A DNA stretch of 64,000 bases from Felis catus (lineage: Eukaryota), in contig NC_058368.1 of the NCBI RefSeq assembly GCF_018350175.1, forward strand, positions 8,804,001 through 8,868,000. Direction: 5' to 3'. A program made the position numbers and the translations under genes. Within the stretch, counting starts at the first letter, position 1; every line of letters starts with the position of its first letter. Positions 38,987 through 51,088 of this stretch are shown here, piece after piece. The notes beneath the pieces are model-generated. The model had not been told where the DNA came from, made no database searches, and saw nothing but the letters and a program-made list of their open reading frames with translations.

Positions 38987-39434
38987 AAGAAGGGAAGCAG
39001 AGTCCTGGCTTTCTTGTACAGCCTCCCGAGTCCCATCCTAATCTCTTGTGGGCCACTGTATAAGCAAGTAGGCTCATGCATCATCCAAGAACAAGAAGTA
39101 ATGTTCTAGTACGGTGCGATCTAAATTCTAATTGAGAAAGAAACCTTTTCTTGTGGTGCAGAAAGACAATTGTGCCAAAGAAAGCATGCTTTACATCACT
39201 GTGGGGGAGACGTTTAGCTTCTTAGAGCCTCCCCAGTCCTGCTGGCTCCTTCTACAATAGGAACTTTGCCTTATCATTAAAGTACAGAACACAACACAGT
39301 ATCCCCGGCTCATCTAGGATATTTCCTGCTTCAGATCTGGGACCAGGCATCCCCTCTAGGAGCCCTGGTTCCTTCTAGATCAGATACCTATACTGCCAGG
39401 ACTTTCTGTTTCCAGGGAGAATGCAAGACACCAC

Positions 39435-39902
39435 TTTTTTTTTTTTTTTAATTTATAATTGTAGTTAAAATACACCTAACATAAAATTGACCATTTTAAC
39501 CATTTAAGTGGAAGTTCAGGGGCATCGGCACATTCACATTATGTGCAGCCAATCTCTACAATTCTTTTTATCTTGCAACACCAAAACTGTACCCATGAAA
39601 CAATTCCCCATTCCTCCCCCGTCCCTGGCAATCACCACCCTACTTTCTGTCTGTATGGATCAGACTGCTCTGGGTACCTCGTCTAAGCAGGATCATACAG
39701 TATTTGTCTGTGACTGGCTTATCTCATTTAATGTCCATGAGGCTCATGTGGTCAGAATTTCCTTCCTTTTGTAAGGCTGAATAATATTCCATTGTATGGA
39801 TGTACCACATTTAGTTTGTCCCTTCACCAGTCAGTGGACGCATGGGTTATTTCCACCTTTGGTCACTGTGAGCAATGCTGCTGTGAACGTGGGTTCACAA
39901 TA
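39435..39902 (-). mobile_element. L1MB-type 3' end
   Basis: aacataaaattgaccattttaaccattt .. aaggctgaataatattccattgtatgg. Confidence 0.8.
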
Positions 39903-40165
39903 TAGAGGAGGTTTTGCAATATAGAGGTTTTCTTCCAAGGTTGCAAAAGTCCCAGGAATAGCTCTCAGTCCGTGTTTCAGCTCAGGCTATCCTGAATTTC
40001 TCTCCCTCTGAGAGGAGTGCCCAGGCTCCCTGCTGAGGAGGACAAGCCTGTGTGAGAGGGAGGGAGCTGAGTGCCTCTGACACGACAGAGCTGGGTGGTG
40101 CTTGTTGCCTTCCACCAGTCCACTTTGTTTTCAAACAATAAAAGTAATGCATGCTCGAAAGAGGG

Positions 40166-40196
<31 letters not shown>

Positions 40197-40198
40197 GA

Positions 40199-40405
40199 GG
40201 GGCACCTGGCCGGCTCAGCCGGATGAAGGTCCGACTTCAGCTCAGGTCTGTGAGTTCGAGTCCCGCATCAGGCTCTGTGCTGGCAGCTCAGAGCCTGGAG
40301 CCTGCTTCAGATTCTGCGTCTCCCTCTCTCTCTCTGCTCCTCCCCCACTCGCATTCTATCTCTTAAAAGTAAATAAACGTCAAAAAAGTTTAAAGAATAA
40401 AAAAA
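40199..40405 (+). mobile_element. Can-SINE preceded by a long A run
   Basis: ggggcacctggccggctcag head, A-rich tail. Confidence 0.85.
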
Positions 40406-41339
40406 GAAGTGGAAATTTGCTCTCTCACTTCCATTTCCCATTCCCCAAGGGTAGGATGTTCTTATATGAACACTGTGCATTTTCCCAAAAGCTTTCTTCT
40501 AGACATATACAAATATGTACATGGGTATAGTTTTGCCTTGTGTTTTATAAAACTTTATGTTCTCGCTCAACAATGTATCATCTTTCCATACAGTGGACTG
40601 AGCCATCCAGGGGCCCCAAGATAGATGTACATTTAAAATTCTGATAGGAATTTAATTTAAATAAATAAACACAAACATACAATTTTGGTAAGGACAGCTA
40701 TATTGCCTTAACAAAGAATTGCTCCAAGTTACGTGTTAGGTTTTTGGGTTTTTTTTGTTTTTTTTTTAGTATCATTGATATACAATGTCTACCTGCTAGC
40801 TTTGAAGAAAGGTTTAAGCTTACTGTTTCAAGTTTCAGGCAGACATTTCAGTCTGTTCATGTTTGATCACCCGACATCCTTGTCCTCTGTCCAAGCAAAT
40901 TGAAATAGCCTGTGCTCCTTAATTAAAATCTCCTTGGGAAATCTCAAGTTAGTAAAATTATCTAATGTTACAACTATTGTCTGCTCATAGTCTTAGGCAA
41001 ATTTCGTGGGCAAAGGTGATTGTTTATTTCTGCAGATGGTACATTTCAGGATCAGGAGTTCTCCTTTGAGTTACCAGGAAATACAAAGTTACCTCCTAAA
41101 CGTTTGCATCTTGTTCTTTTAAGATTACATTAAAAAAAATTTTTTTTTAAGATTACATAAATATATTTTTAGATACCACGTCTCTTCTGAAAAACAAACA
41201 AACCTTTGTCTCCATCCCCTTCTCTTTTTGATTTTTAACGGTTTGAAAAATTCCGAATTGCCTGGAAAGATCAAGCCCTCTAAGGCTTTTATGCTGATAC
41301 CCCCAGGAGAAAGACGTGCCCCAAACCCCGATTTTAATT

Positions 41340-42600
41340 ACTTAAGCCACTCGCGTGGTTTGTGACTGTCGGCCTGGGCCAGCGACTTCACGAGTCTATC
41401 TCCGTTACAAAGATTGCATCGAATCGGGCAAATTTGTTCGTGGCCCACGAATCTGAAACTGAGCCATCGGGGGGGGGGGGGGGCTGGGGGGGGGGTGGTT
41501 CCTGGCGGCGACCGGTCCCGGAGACCAGGAGTCGCTGGAGGGAAGACCGCGCCCTGCACCCTGTAGATGTCTGTACTTGCCGGGAACGCAGAGAGCCGCT
41601 ATTCGCGCGGAGCCAAGTCCCCCCGGGCCCCTGCCGTAGTGCTCAGCCCCGAGTACTCCTGGAAGACCGGGCTCTTCTTTTGTGTTGGCTGCGTCCTCTC
41701 CAGGCGTGTCTGCGGCGCGCAGAGGCGCGGCCGCGCCCGGGGCGGGTGGGAGCGGCGCGGCTCCCGGGAAGGGCGGGCTCGCCGGCCTCCGGGGGAGCTG
41801 GCCCCGGGAAATGCTCGATTGTTCTGCGACGACTGACTTGCCTCCATCGGAGGATTCCAGTGGCAAAGTGACCCTCCCTTCCCGGCTGCCGCCCTGCCCC
41901 TCCCCGCTGCGGGATCCTAACGCGGCCGCCGCGCCGCGCTCCTCCTCCCGTTCCCTCGGGCTGCGGCTTCCTGAAGTTATTAGGAGAAATAAGGTAGCCG
42001 AGGGGGCCACATGGAAGTTGTGACAGCTCCCGGCGGCGCACCCCTCTCGCCAGAGCCATCACCTCGCCTTAGGAGTCAGCCGCTGACACGCTGAATGAAG
42101 GAGGGCCCGTTGCCAGCCAGCCTGCCGGGATGGGCCACGGTTGCTGCAAGCCTTATAACTGCCTTCAGTGCCTGGACAAGACGGTACTTTGCCTTCCCTC
42201 TCCTCCTCCTCCCCCCTTCCTTTGCACGGGCAGAGAGGAAGCCTGAGCCGGCCGCCTCTGTCCCTCTTCCCTCGCGTGTGTGTGCGCTTTGTTGGTGAGC
42301 CCCAGGCTGCCCTTGCTGGTGCCCGTGTGCTGAGGTGTGAGTGCGGTCCGCAGACGCGGTCGGCCTCACCTACCCTGCAGTGCCTTACATAATCCCCTGT
42401 CCCTCCAGTCGCACAGGCAGCTAGCTGTTGCATATTCCCGAAACCCTAAGGCTCCGCGCAAACGTCTTGAAATCCGGAGCGCCGAGAAAGCCTTGGAATA
42501 TTCTTAGTGCGTTTTAAGGTACCCGTGAAACCCCAGACGTTCCGGCGGGGAATTGAGCTTAGCTAGGCAGGCTTCTTCTGGCCAACCGCTAACTTCCAAA
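41340..42600. promoter_or_regulatory. CpG island / internal promoter of the MTUS2 short isoform
   Basis: Abrupt rise in GC and CpG density, GC boxes (ggggcggg ~41739, gggcggg 41771), repeat-free, contains the alternative first exon. Confidence 0.85.
42130..42183 (+). CDS. MTUS2: MTUS2 short isoform, coding part of alternative first exon (MGHGCCKPYNCLQCLDKT)
   Basis: ATG in strong Kozak context (gccgggATGG) inside the CpG island; 18 open codons ending at donor ACG|GTACTT (phase 0); joins in frame to the acceptor at 53076. Agrees with my recollection that MTUS2 has a short isoform with a Cys-rich alternative N-terminus. Confidence 0.8.
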
Positions 42601-42913
42601 GTTTACCACTCGTTTCTACCAGCGGCATCCATCCTTGCCATTTACATTCTTAGGGTCAGAGAAGAAAGCACCGGTAGGCTTGTCTTCGCTGTGCTTCTTT
42701 GCGTGGCATAGGGGGGTGTCCCAGAGAGGTGAAACCTTAAGGAGCCGGAGAGGCCAAGGGTGTGTTCAAGTCTTCACTGGAAGGAAGAGTCACAGCCAGG
42801 GAACGGAGGCTAGAGCAGGAAGGAGCAAGCCAGAGCGGTGTGGCAGTTCCAACACAAAGCCTTTCTTTGCCTTTGACATTTGCCTGTGAGCTCACAGGGA
42901 GATGGGGGAATGA

Positions 42914-43134
42914 TGTGTTGTTGTTGTTTTTTAACATTTGTTTATTATTGAGAGACAGACACTGAGCATGAGCAGGGAAGGGGCAGAGAGAGGGGAAGAC
43001 ACACAATCCGAAGCAGGCTCCAGGCTCCGAGCTGTCAGCACAAGAGCCCCAAGCGGGGCTCGAACTCACAAACTGTGAGATCATGACCTGGGCCGAAGCC
43101 GGGTGCTTAACCCACTGAGCCACCCAGGTGCCCC
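42914..43134 (-). mobile_element. Can-SINE
   Basis: Reverse body ending caggtgcccc. Confidence 0.9.
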
Positions 43135-46100
43135 TGGGGGATGCTGTTAATTTCACTACTAGAAATATGTTGGCAGGAAATCTTGTCTCTGTGATTTTTT
43201 TTTTTTTCTCACACACATTTGGATTTTTCCAAGACGCATGAAATGGGATTTAATAAGGGGTTGAAATTGCCTCTTTTCTACCCACGTGGGCAGCAGCTAC
43301 ATAGATAGCCTGAGGTATCATATGTGACCAGGTGAAGGAAAATATATAGCTTAATACAAAGCACATTACAAGGAGGCCACTTGGGAACATCTTTCTTATC
43401 AGTTCTGTTTGTGAACTTTGACCTAGGAAAATTGCACTGATATTTGAAAAGTTACCCACCCAGTACTTTTGTTCCAATAAGAGTAACTATTTCAATGGGT
43501 TTGGCTTCGACTACCATGAGTGCGAACTAAAATATTTATATGTACATTTATGAGCTTTTACCAAATAGAAATAAAAAACATTTGCACTCAATTGTCTACA
43601 AATCCAATATTGAAGCCATGAAGCCTTCTTTCAAGAGAAGCGGTCACAAAAAGGTGTTGAAGGAAGCCTTGTAACCATAGTTATAATAAAAGGGAAGGGT
43701 TTGCTCCATGCACGACAATATTATAATGTTCCTCTTCCTGAGTCGTGGTACAGAAGTTTTAGAAATAGAAGCTGTAATCTGCAGACCTTTGAGAAAATAT
43801 AGTTTAAAGTGAACTCCTCCTTTTTTGTTTCAAATCAATTTCGTGAAAGTAACTTTCTATTCCTGTGTCATGTTTGAATGTGGAAATGTTGGGAGACAAC
43901 TAAGTAATACTTCATCTCTCCAGCCAGAGTGATGTTTAAGTAACTTTCAAATGTTTCAACTTTAAAACCCCAAACATAATAGAGACTCTTCTTTCCTGAT
44001 GAAAACTTAGTGTACATATCAACTTTCTCATTATGTGTACCCCCACATTTCTTGACTTGTCTTTTGCCATAGTTCAGAGTCTATTCCCCTGGGAGGTTTT
44101 GAAACTGTAAATTCCCAGGTGCTCACGTGAGGAATTGAGGATTTCCTTTTTTAAGATTAAAAAAGTCATTATTTTATTTAGCCGTCTGCTTTTCAGGGTA
44201 CCTTCACAGGCAGTATGCCAAAATCACTTGTTTATTCAGCGGTCACCTATTGGGCCAGGCGTGGGATGGGGAGAGCGTTATGGGATTCCGCTCCAGTCTC
44301 CAGCCCCTTTAAATCCCACGGTAAAATCCATCAGTCTGTTCACGAGCTCTAACAATCCCAACATCAACGTTGAAAGAGGCCTAATAAAATTGTTGATAAA
44401 GTTGTTTCTGCTTACTTCAGACCAGCCGCATAAACCTTAAAAGAAAAAGAAAAAAAAAAAAAAGAATTCCTTAGAAGTTTATATGGATACAGGATTTAAA
44501 AACTCAATTTTGAGACCCTAATTGTGACTGTTAAAACATTCTTAATTCTAGTGCAGCTAAAGATGTTCTGAAAAGAGTCAACGGACAATTAAAGATACTT
44601 TTAAGTAATAGTTTCAGAGATAGGGCTAAGAGATATAAACCTGAGATGCTTTCTTAGCATATTCATTCACTGGGAGAAACTACAGAATCTTGTCTAGGGT
44701 TATTCAACGAATGAAAATGTGTTAGGTGAATAAATGGTTTTTAAAAGCCGATTGTGCTGTATGTATTTTCACCTCTTCAAAAAACCTATTCATTGACAAC
44801 TTTCTTGCCGACTCACAGTATTTATAATATCTATCGCCCAGTTATGATGGGGGCTATCAAAGAATTCTCCGAAGGGCACAACCTGACCTGTGGAGTTACC
44901 AGTTATTCCTTGGGTTGTACTTTCACCTTTTCCAGAGAAATTACAAACGGGGTAGGCAACAATAACACATGTAGAGCAATTAACACATTAGTGCAAGCCT
45001 GGAGTGTGAAAGTTATGTGGTACTGGCCGGACCTGTTTCTGGAATCTAGTGAAAGGAGAAATCCCTGCTGGAATCCTAGGCAAGGTTTCTTGGAAAAAAT
45101 GGCACATGAACCGCACTTTGAGAAAGGGGGTGGAGTTTTAATGAACTGTGTGAGGAGCGGGAATGCAATTCTAAGCAGGGAGTGCATGAGGAAAGGTACT
45201 TTAGCCCAGTTTGATGAAAGATGAGCATAAACACAGTAGGAAATCCAAGCATAGAGGGAGTGTGGGGAAATATTTTCCAGGCTGAAAGCCAGACCCACGT
45301 TTTTTAACTTGAGTTGCAAGAAAGTAGAAATCCATCTTGGGATTTGAACAGAGAGGCGATCTGTGGAAAGACTCACTCTGTAGGTATTTTGGAAAGGAAA
45401 AGTGTGACCCAGAGAGGCCATTGGAACACCCCGATGGATTTCAGAGTCTGTTCACCTGTGGACTCGGCTGGTCCAGGATCAAGCCGGCCGCTCTGCACAC
45501 ACAGAAACTCCTTGCCCTTAACCTTCCAGAGCTAGTCATTCTTAGGAATGTTGAGTTATTGAGAGAAATCAATTAGATGTAAACTAGAACGCCAACTTGT
45601 TTTTTAACAGTGAGAAATGCAACTGACAAATGGTAACAAGGCTGATAAATACGTATCTCTTTTTAGATTCAAAAGTCTAGCTTCATAAGAGGCTTTGATA
45701 AGAATGGAATCTGAGCCAGCAAGTTATGGTCTTTAGGCATTCGGTGGCCTCAGAGCCTATATGTCCACGTCCCATCACCCCTCTAGCTAGAAATGCACTT
45801 GAGAAGGCCTGTATGATTGTCACTTGCCTTGGTGTCTTCTAAGACTCCTTTTTCTCCCTCTACTACAAGTCACTTAGTCTTGCTCGCCCCTTTAGGGGTT
45901 ACTTAGCATATCTCCACCCTAACCTTACATGCATTGATGTTAATCTCGAAGGCTGGTTTTATTTACCTTTCCTCTAAATTCTTGGTGGGGGTGGCAGTTA
46001 GGAGAAGGCACCTCACTGTTCCTCCCAGGCATCTGGCATCTGACAGTAATAAATTTGGGAAGGTAATAAGAGAAAATCCGAGAAGGTCAAAGAACCTCTG

Positions 46101-47193
46101 AAGTGATAAATAAATGGATTGAAAATCATGGCACTGGCTAATCTTCCTTTGTTTTGCTTACTCTGGGATCCAGAATTTCCCAGCATTGCGTCTTTGGATT
46201 CACATTCCTTCACCTTGGGCCCCACAAGACCCTGTCCTTTCTAGTTGTCAGTTGATAATCCGGGTGGGTTATGGCATTGAGTTATTAAGTGCGGCTTCTT
46301 AGGCAGCTAGATGTTTTGCGATCACAAATGCACAGGAAAAAGGTCAGAATGATGCACTCTGAGTTTATTCCTTCTGATTTCTTTTAAAACAAGATGTGGT
46401 TCTGCTTATCTTTCATACAAGTAGACAATGACATGTATTTAAGAATATTAAATGTGAATGATACTTGCCTTGGCCAGTCTCTATTAAATTGTACTGCCGA
46501 GGAGAAAAGCTGGTAGAAAAATACAGTGGCCTGTGTTAATTATATGTGAAAGAAATAATACTTATCGAAGAAGTGGAAGCATGCCGTCGGCGCTGCCTTA
46601 AAGCCGTAATAACTGAAATGAAAAACAAAAGGTCAGTCCACCTCCCAAAGGAATTTTCCACGGAGCTATATTATGAATCTAGCCAAGCTTCACAGTATTG
46701 ATACTGAAACTGAACGCAGCATTCACAAACGGTGGTCTGAAAACAACACAGAAGCCTTGGAGATGTCACCTTGTGGCTGGTTCATCTTGAAATACGAAAG
46801 AAAGTATTTCCGTATTAAAACAGGGTTCTGCCGCGTAGAATTAAGCCCTCACCTGAACTCACAGAGCCATGAGTGAAAAGCAATATTGTTTCCAGGAAGA
46901 ATGAAACATTCCTTAACCCCTTTGTGATCTCATGTGCACGTATGTATCTCACTTTGAATTTCCACAAGTCACAATAAAAAGGATCTGGAAGTTTCTTCAA
47001 ATAGCAGAATTCTGTAGGTTTCTTCTTTAATTCCCTGTATGGTTCTTTTGCTTAGCCTGTGAAAAGGTGGCCTAGCTTTGCACGGTTGAATTTTTTTTTT
47101 TTTTTATCTGCATTGACTCCAGGGCAGGCTAAAAAGATAGGAAAAATTAGAAATTTGTTGGGAGTCTGTGGACTTACATGTATGTATTTTTTA

Positions 47194-47194
<1 letters not shown>

Positions 47195-47268
<74 letters not shown>

Positions 47269-47270
47269 TT
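47195..47270. repeat. Compound (TG)n(TTTA)n microsatellite
   Basis: Read directly from the sequence. Confidence 0.95.
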
Positions 47271-49717
47271 ACAATTAATTTATTGCCAAATTACTATTTT
47301 GACGGTAGAGTACTGTTCCATTTATCAATTCATTTCTTTTCAACAGATATTTGAGGGCCCAGTACAAACACTCTTTCTTCTGACTCATCATATCAAAGTC
47401 ACATCATCTTGGGCACGTGTGTGTCTTTTTAAAGAAAAATGTGGTGGGGGGAAGCAGGAGCTGATCAAAACACTTAGAAACTGCAGTGAAGTTTACAAAA
47501 TTGTCATCAGTCCCCCTTGTAGCTGATCAAGTGCCCCTTCAGGGTGAATCACAGACCAGAGGCAGGAGCCTGGCAAGGAAAAGAGAAGGGCCCATATGAT
47601 GGGGGTGACACAGGCTCCCGGAAATAGCCTCAGGTGCTGTTTAGGGTCACAGTTCTCTTGGCTCTTACCTTGGGTGCTCCCACATTCCTCCTGCTCCTTC
47701 TTCCTCTGGTCTCATAGTGACTAGTCTGTTCCTTTGGTTTCCGATTTGAGGAGGAGCTTAGGGAGCTTAGTGTAGAATCACGTGGGTGACGCTAACAAAG
47801 AGTGGCATTTTCACTCCCTGTTACCACCAAGTTCTCATGGGTGCCATCAACCAGCCGAACAGGTAACTCCCGTTGACGAAGCATGTTAAAATGACAAGAG
47901 TGTGGCAGGCCGGCTTCGGGCTTGGCCACACATCCAGTTACTTGAAGTCAGTGGCACGATTAGCGGTTTGTAGGCTTTGCCAGGTTTGTGTAGCTAGGAG
48001 AGATTCATGGTGGCATTCGGCAAGAGTCGCTGAGCACCTTAGCGTGGAGAGCCATATGTGAGAAGTACAGGCTTCACTGTGCCAGGCTTGCAGCGGTGTG
48101 TTTAGGGCTAGAGGTAGAGGGGGAGAGTTGGACGTTTCATGGGGATAGCTCATCTCGGATTCCATCTGTGAATACAGCGTATCACGCTAAAAAGAGTAGA
48201 GAACTCAGTGTGCAAAAGAGAGGTACGTGACCAAATAAAAGAGGTGCGTAAGAAGACACAGCTGTTGGTATGGGGCTTGGATGAATGTTCTCCAAGGGTC
48301 CATTTCCAGTTAAGCCTGTCCTAGAGTAAACAGTAATTTTAGAGGAATGGCCTTTTAGACTTTGCGATTTCTGGACTGTATCACCGGGATCGTTTGGATG
48401 GTTAATACTGAGTTCTATTTTTAGACCTTTAGAGTGAAAGCAGGAGCTCGTGCTTGGCACCAGTTAGGAATTTTCCACTCATTCCCCATGTAGGGAAGCA
48501 CTGATCTCACACTGGGCCGTCAGAGGGGGCCGTGCTCATATTTCAGTCATCCCAACACGTCATCGCGCCGGACCGGCTTAGGTTGGGGAGCGAAGGGGAA
48601 TCGTGGCATGAGACCCTTTCAGAGGGAGTCCTTGGGGCCGCCTTCCTCCTGTGTGTTCAACAGAACCTAACGGCCTTGCGAGATCACCTTTGGAATCTGT
48701 TGAGCCATGATGGATGGCAGAGTAACTTGAGGCAGGAGGAGAGAATGGAAGGTTCCTTGAAGTTCACTTCTTGCGTTAAGGAAGAGAGTTCCTGCAGTCC
48801 TCGTTGTTGTTGACTCACTCCACTGCAGGGCAGCACTAGTCATTCTGGTTTAGCTTTCAGGAAACAAAGAGTAACTTAATTGATGCAGAAAATTCATAAA
48901 TCAGAAGGGTTGGTATCATTTCAAAAAGAAGCACTTAAGAAGAAAGGACTGTCGCCAACCCACACAGGCTGGCCTTAGCGAGCAGAGCTGGGCTGAGTCA
49001 GCATCTTCGGGAGGAACGGATTCACAGGGGTTAGGGATAGCTGCTGGGGAAAGCTGAACAGCTACCCTCTCAGAAGTTACAGCCTCAGGCAGGCCATGCT
49101 GGAAATGTACTGGCGAGCGGCCAACAAATCCATACCATGGGCGAAGGCAGGTAGTTCCAACGGTGGGATGGGGTGTGAATGCAGCCAGGGAATTTTTTTT
49201 ACTGAAAAAGTGGTGAGGAGCTGACACTGACCACCGATAAGTGCTCCTCTCCAGTCTGAGAACTGGTGCAGTTTGGATCCTGAGGCTGTGTCTGTAATAG
49301 ACTCTGGCTTCACCGCTTCCCAGCCAGTCGTGCGCGGGCGGCTTGCTTAGCCTGGAGCTTCAGTTTCATCCTCCACGCAGGGAAATAGAACCCAGCACCC
49401 ACCTGACAGCCTCACCTGGAGGACTAAGTGACGGAAAGGGCCTACCCAGCGCTGTGCCTCACGTTCGCGAAGTGTTTGGAAATGTTCACACTAATATTAA
49501 TGCTGTCATTAGCTAGACCTTACCAGAGTTTAGTTGTTTACCTTGACATTTAAGCCTTCAGGTTTGTTGCTAATGTTTAACAGCCAGTCTTTCCTCGGTA
49601 AGCCATTTGATGACTGTAGTTTGAAACTGCAGTTGGCTCTATAGGCTATGCTTGCAAAAGGTTGAGGTCGAGTTGGGTTGTCTTCCTTCACTCTTTCCGC
49701 ATCACTGTCTCCCCAGA

Positions 49718-49803
49718 TGGAGAGGGTGCAGGGTCTATGGTCTCACCTGTCCCCTTCCTGTGGAGAGGGTGCAGGGTCTATGGTCTCACCCGTCCCCTTC
49801 CTG
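49718..49803. repeat. 43-bp tandem duplication (2 copies, 1 mismatch)
   Basis: tggagagggtgcagggtctatggtctcacc(t/c)gtccccttcctg at 49718-49760 and 49761-49803. Confidence 0.95.
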
Positions 49804-50319
49804 TCTCCCCTTCCATCTCTCTTCTCTTCCCATCTGCTCCCTTTCTTTTCTTGGTCCTTTTCTTTTATTCTCTCACTTGTGTCTCCCCTAAAGCGAAGAT
49901 GGGTGGGTCCAGCCTGGCTGTCAGTATTAGCGGTAGCTTTTCACAACAGTGATTCAGGTCTGAAGGTTGCCCATAATCTTTACCAGAATCAGCACGGTCT
50001 CCTCACTGGGCCTCCAAGCCACTCCTTCCCCAAATGTCTCATTCTCCTGTGGCCGGAAAGTGTAGCGTGATTTCCTGTGATCTGGGAGATCCCTGGGCAG
50101 GACACTGTTCACATCTGCCCAGGGCTTCTTTCCGGGGTGGGGGTGGTGGGTGTTGGGAGCTGGGGGAAGCGTTGGCTCATGTTAGAAATCAGAGTTGGTT
50201 TGTGGGGTTTTGTTAAGTTCTGGTCGTTCACTGCCTAACCTCATCTGAGTCTTTGCATCTGTCAGCACTCTGACTGTGAATACTTTAATAATGCTATTTT
50301 GAGACTGATAAGTACAGTA

Positions 50320-50718
50320 GAGTTAACCCTTGAAGAACCAGAGATTGGGGTGCTCAACTCCTGCACAGTAGAAAATCTGTGAATAACTTGTGACTCCCCC
50401 AAAAACTTCACCGCGAATAACCCACTGTGGACCAGAAGCCTTACTAAGAACAGTTGATTAACACATTTTGTATATTGTATTATATGCTATGTTCTTATAA
50501 TAAACTAGGGAAAAGAAATTATTATTTAAAAAATCACAAGGAAGAGAAGATACATTTACAGTACTATACTGTATTTATTGAAAACAATTCGAGGGGCGCC
50601 TGGGTGGCTCAGTCGGTTGAGCGTCCGACTCTTGATTTCAGCTCAGGTCATGATCCCAGGGTTATGGGAGGATGAAGCCTTACATCGGGCTCTGTGCCGG
50701 GCATGGAACCTGCTTGAG

Positions 50719-50754
<36 letters not shown>

Positions 50755-50883
50755 CCCCACTCTTGCTCTCTGTCTCTCTCTCTCTAAAATAAATAAAATT
50801 TAAAACAATTTTGAAAAAAGAAAAAAAATTGGAGTGGGAGTGGACACACCCAGTTCAAACCAATGTTGGTCAAGGGTCAGCTT
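50320..50883. mobile_element. TcMar-Tigger (MER8/Tigger2-like) non-autonomous element interrupted by a SINE
   Basis: Imperfect terminal inverted repeats agttaacccttgaa / ggtcaagggtcagct. Confidence 0.75.
50593..50828 (+). mobile_element. Can-SINE inside the Tigger element
   Basis: ggggcgcctgggtggctcag head, (CT)n, A tail. Confidence 0.9.
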
Positions 50884-50935
50884 TACTTCACTTCTCTGGC
50901 TGTGCTTAGGAACTGAGGATTAAAAATTATTATTC

Positions 50936-50991
<56 letters not shown>

Positions 50992-51088
50992 TTTTTTTAA
51001 GTAATCTCTACACCCAACGTGGGGCTTGAACTTAACAACCTCGAGATCAAGAGTTTCATGCTCTACCAACTGAGCCAGCCAGGTGTTT
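50936..51088 (-). mobile_element. Short Can-SINE with a (TA)n-expanded tail
   Basis: gtggggcttgaactt..gagatcaagagt..ctgagccagccagg; (TA)n at 50936-50990. Confidence 0.75.

Noticed and set aside
1..41339. Upstream exons of the long MTUS2 isoform
   Set aside because: I found no splice-bounded segment encoding recognisable MTUS2 sequence; those exons probably lie outside the window.
41338..42433. Many overlapping 70-200 aa ORFs on both strands
   Set aside because: Expected from stop-codon scarcity in a GC-rich CpG island; low-complexity Pro/Arg/Gly/Ala peptides with no recognisable domain.
44754..45421. Overlapping 156-aa (+) and 172-aa (-) ORFs
   Set aside because: No domain similarity or splice context; treated as chance ORFs, possibly in decayed repeat sequence.
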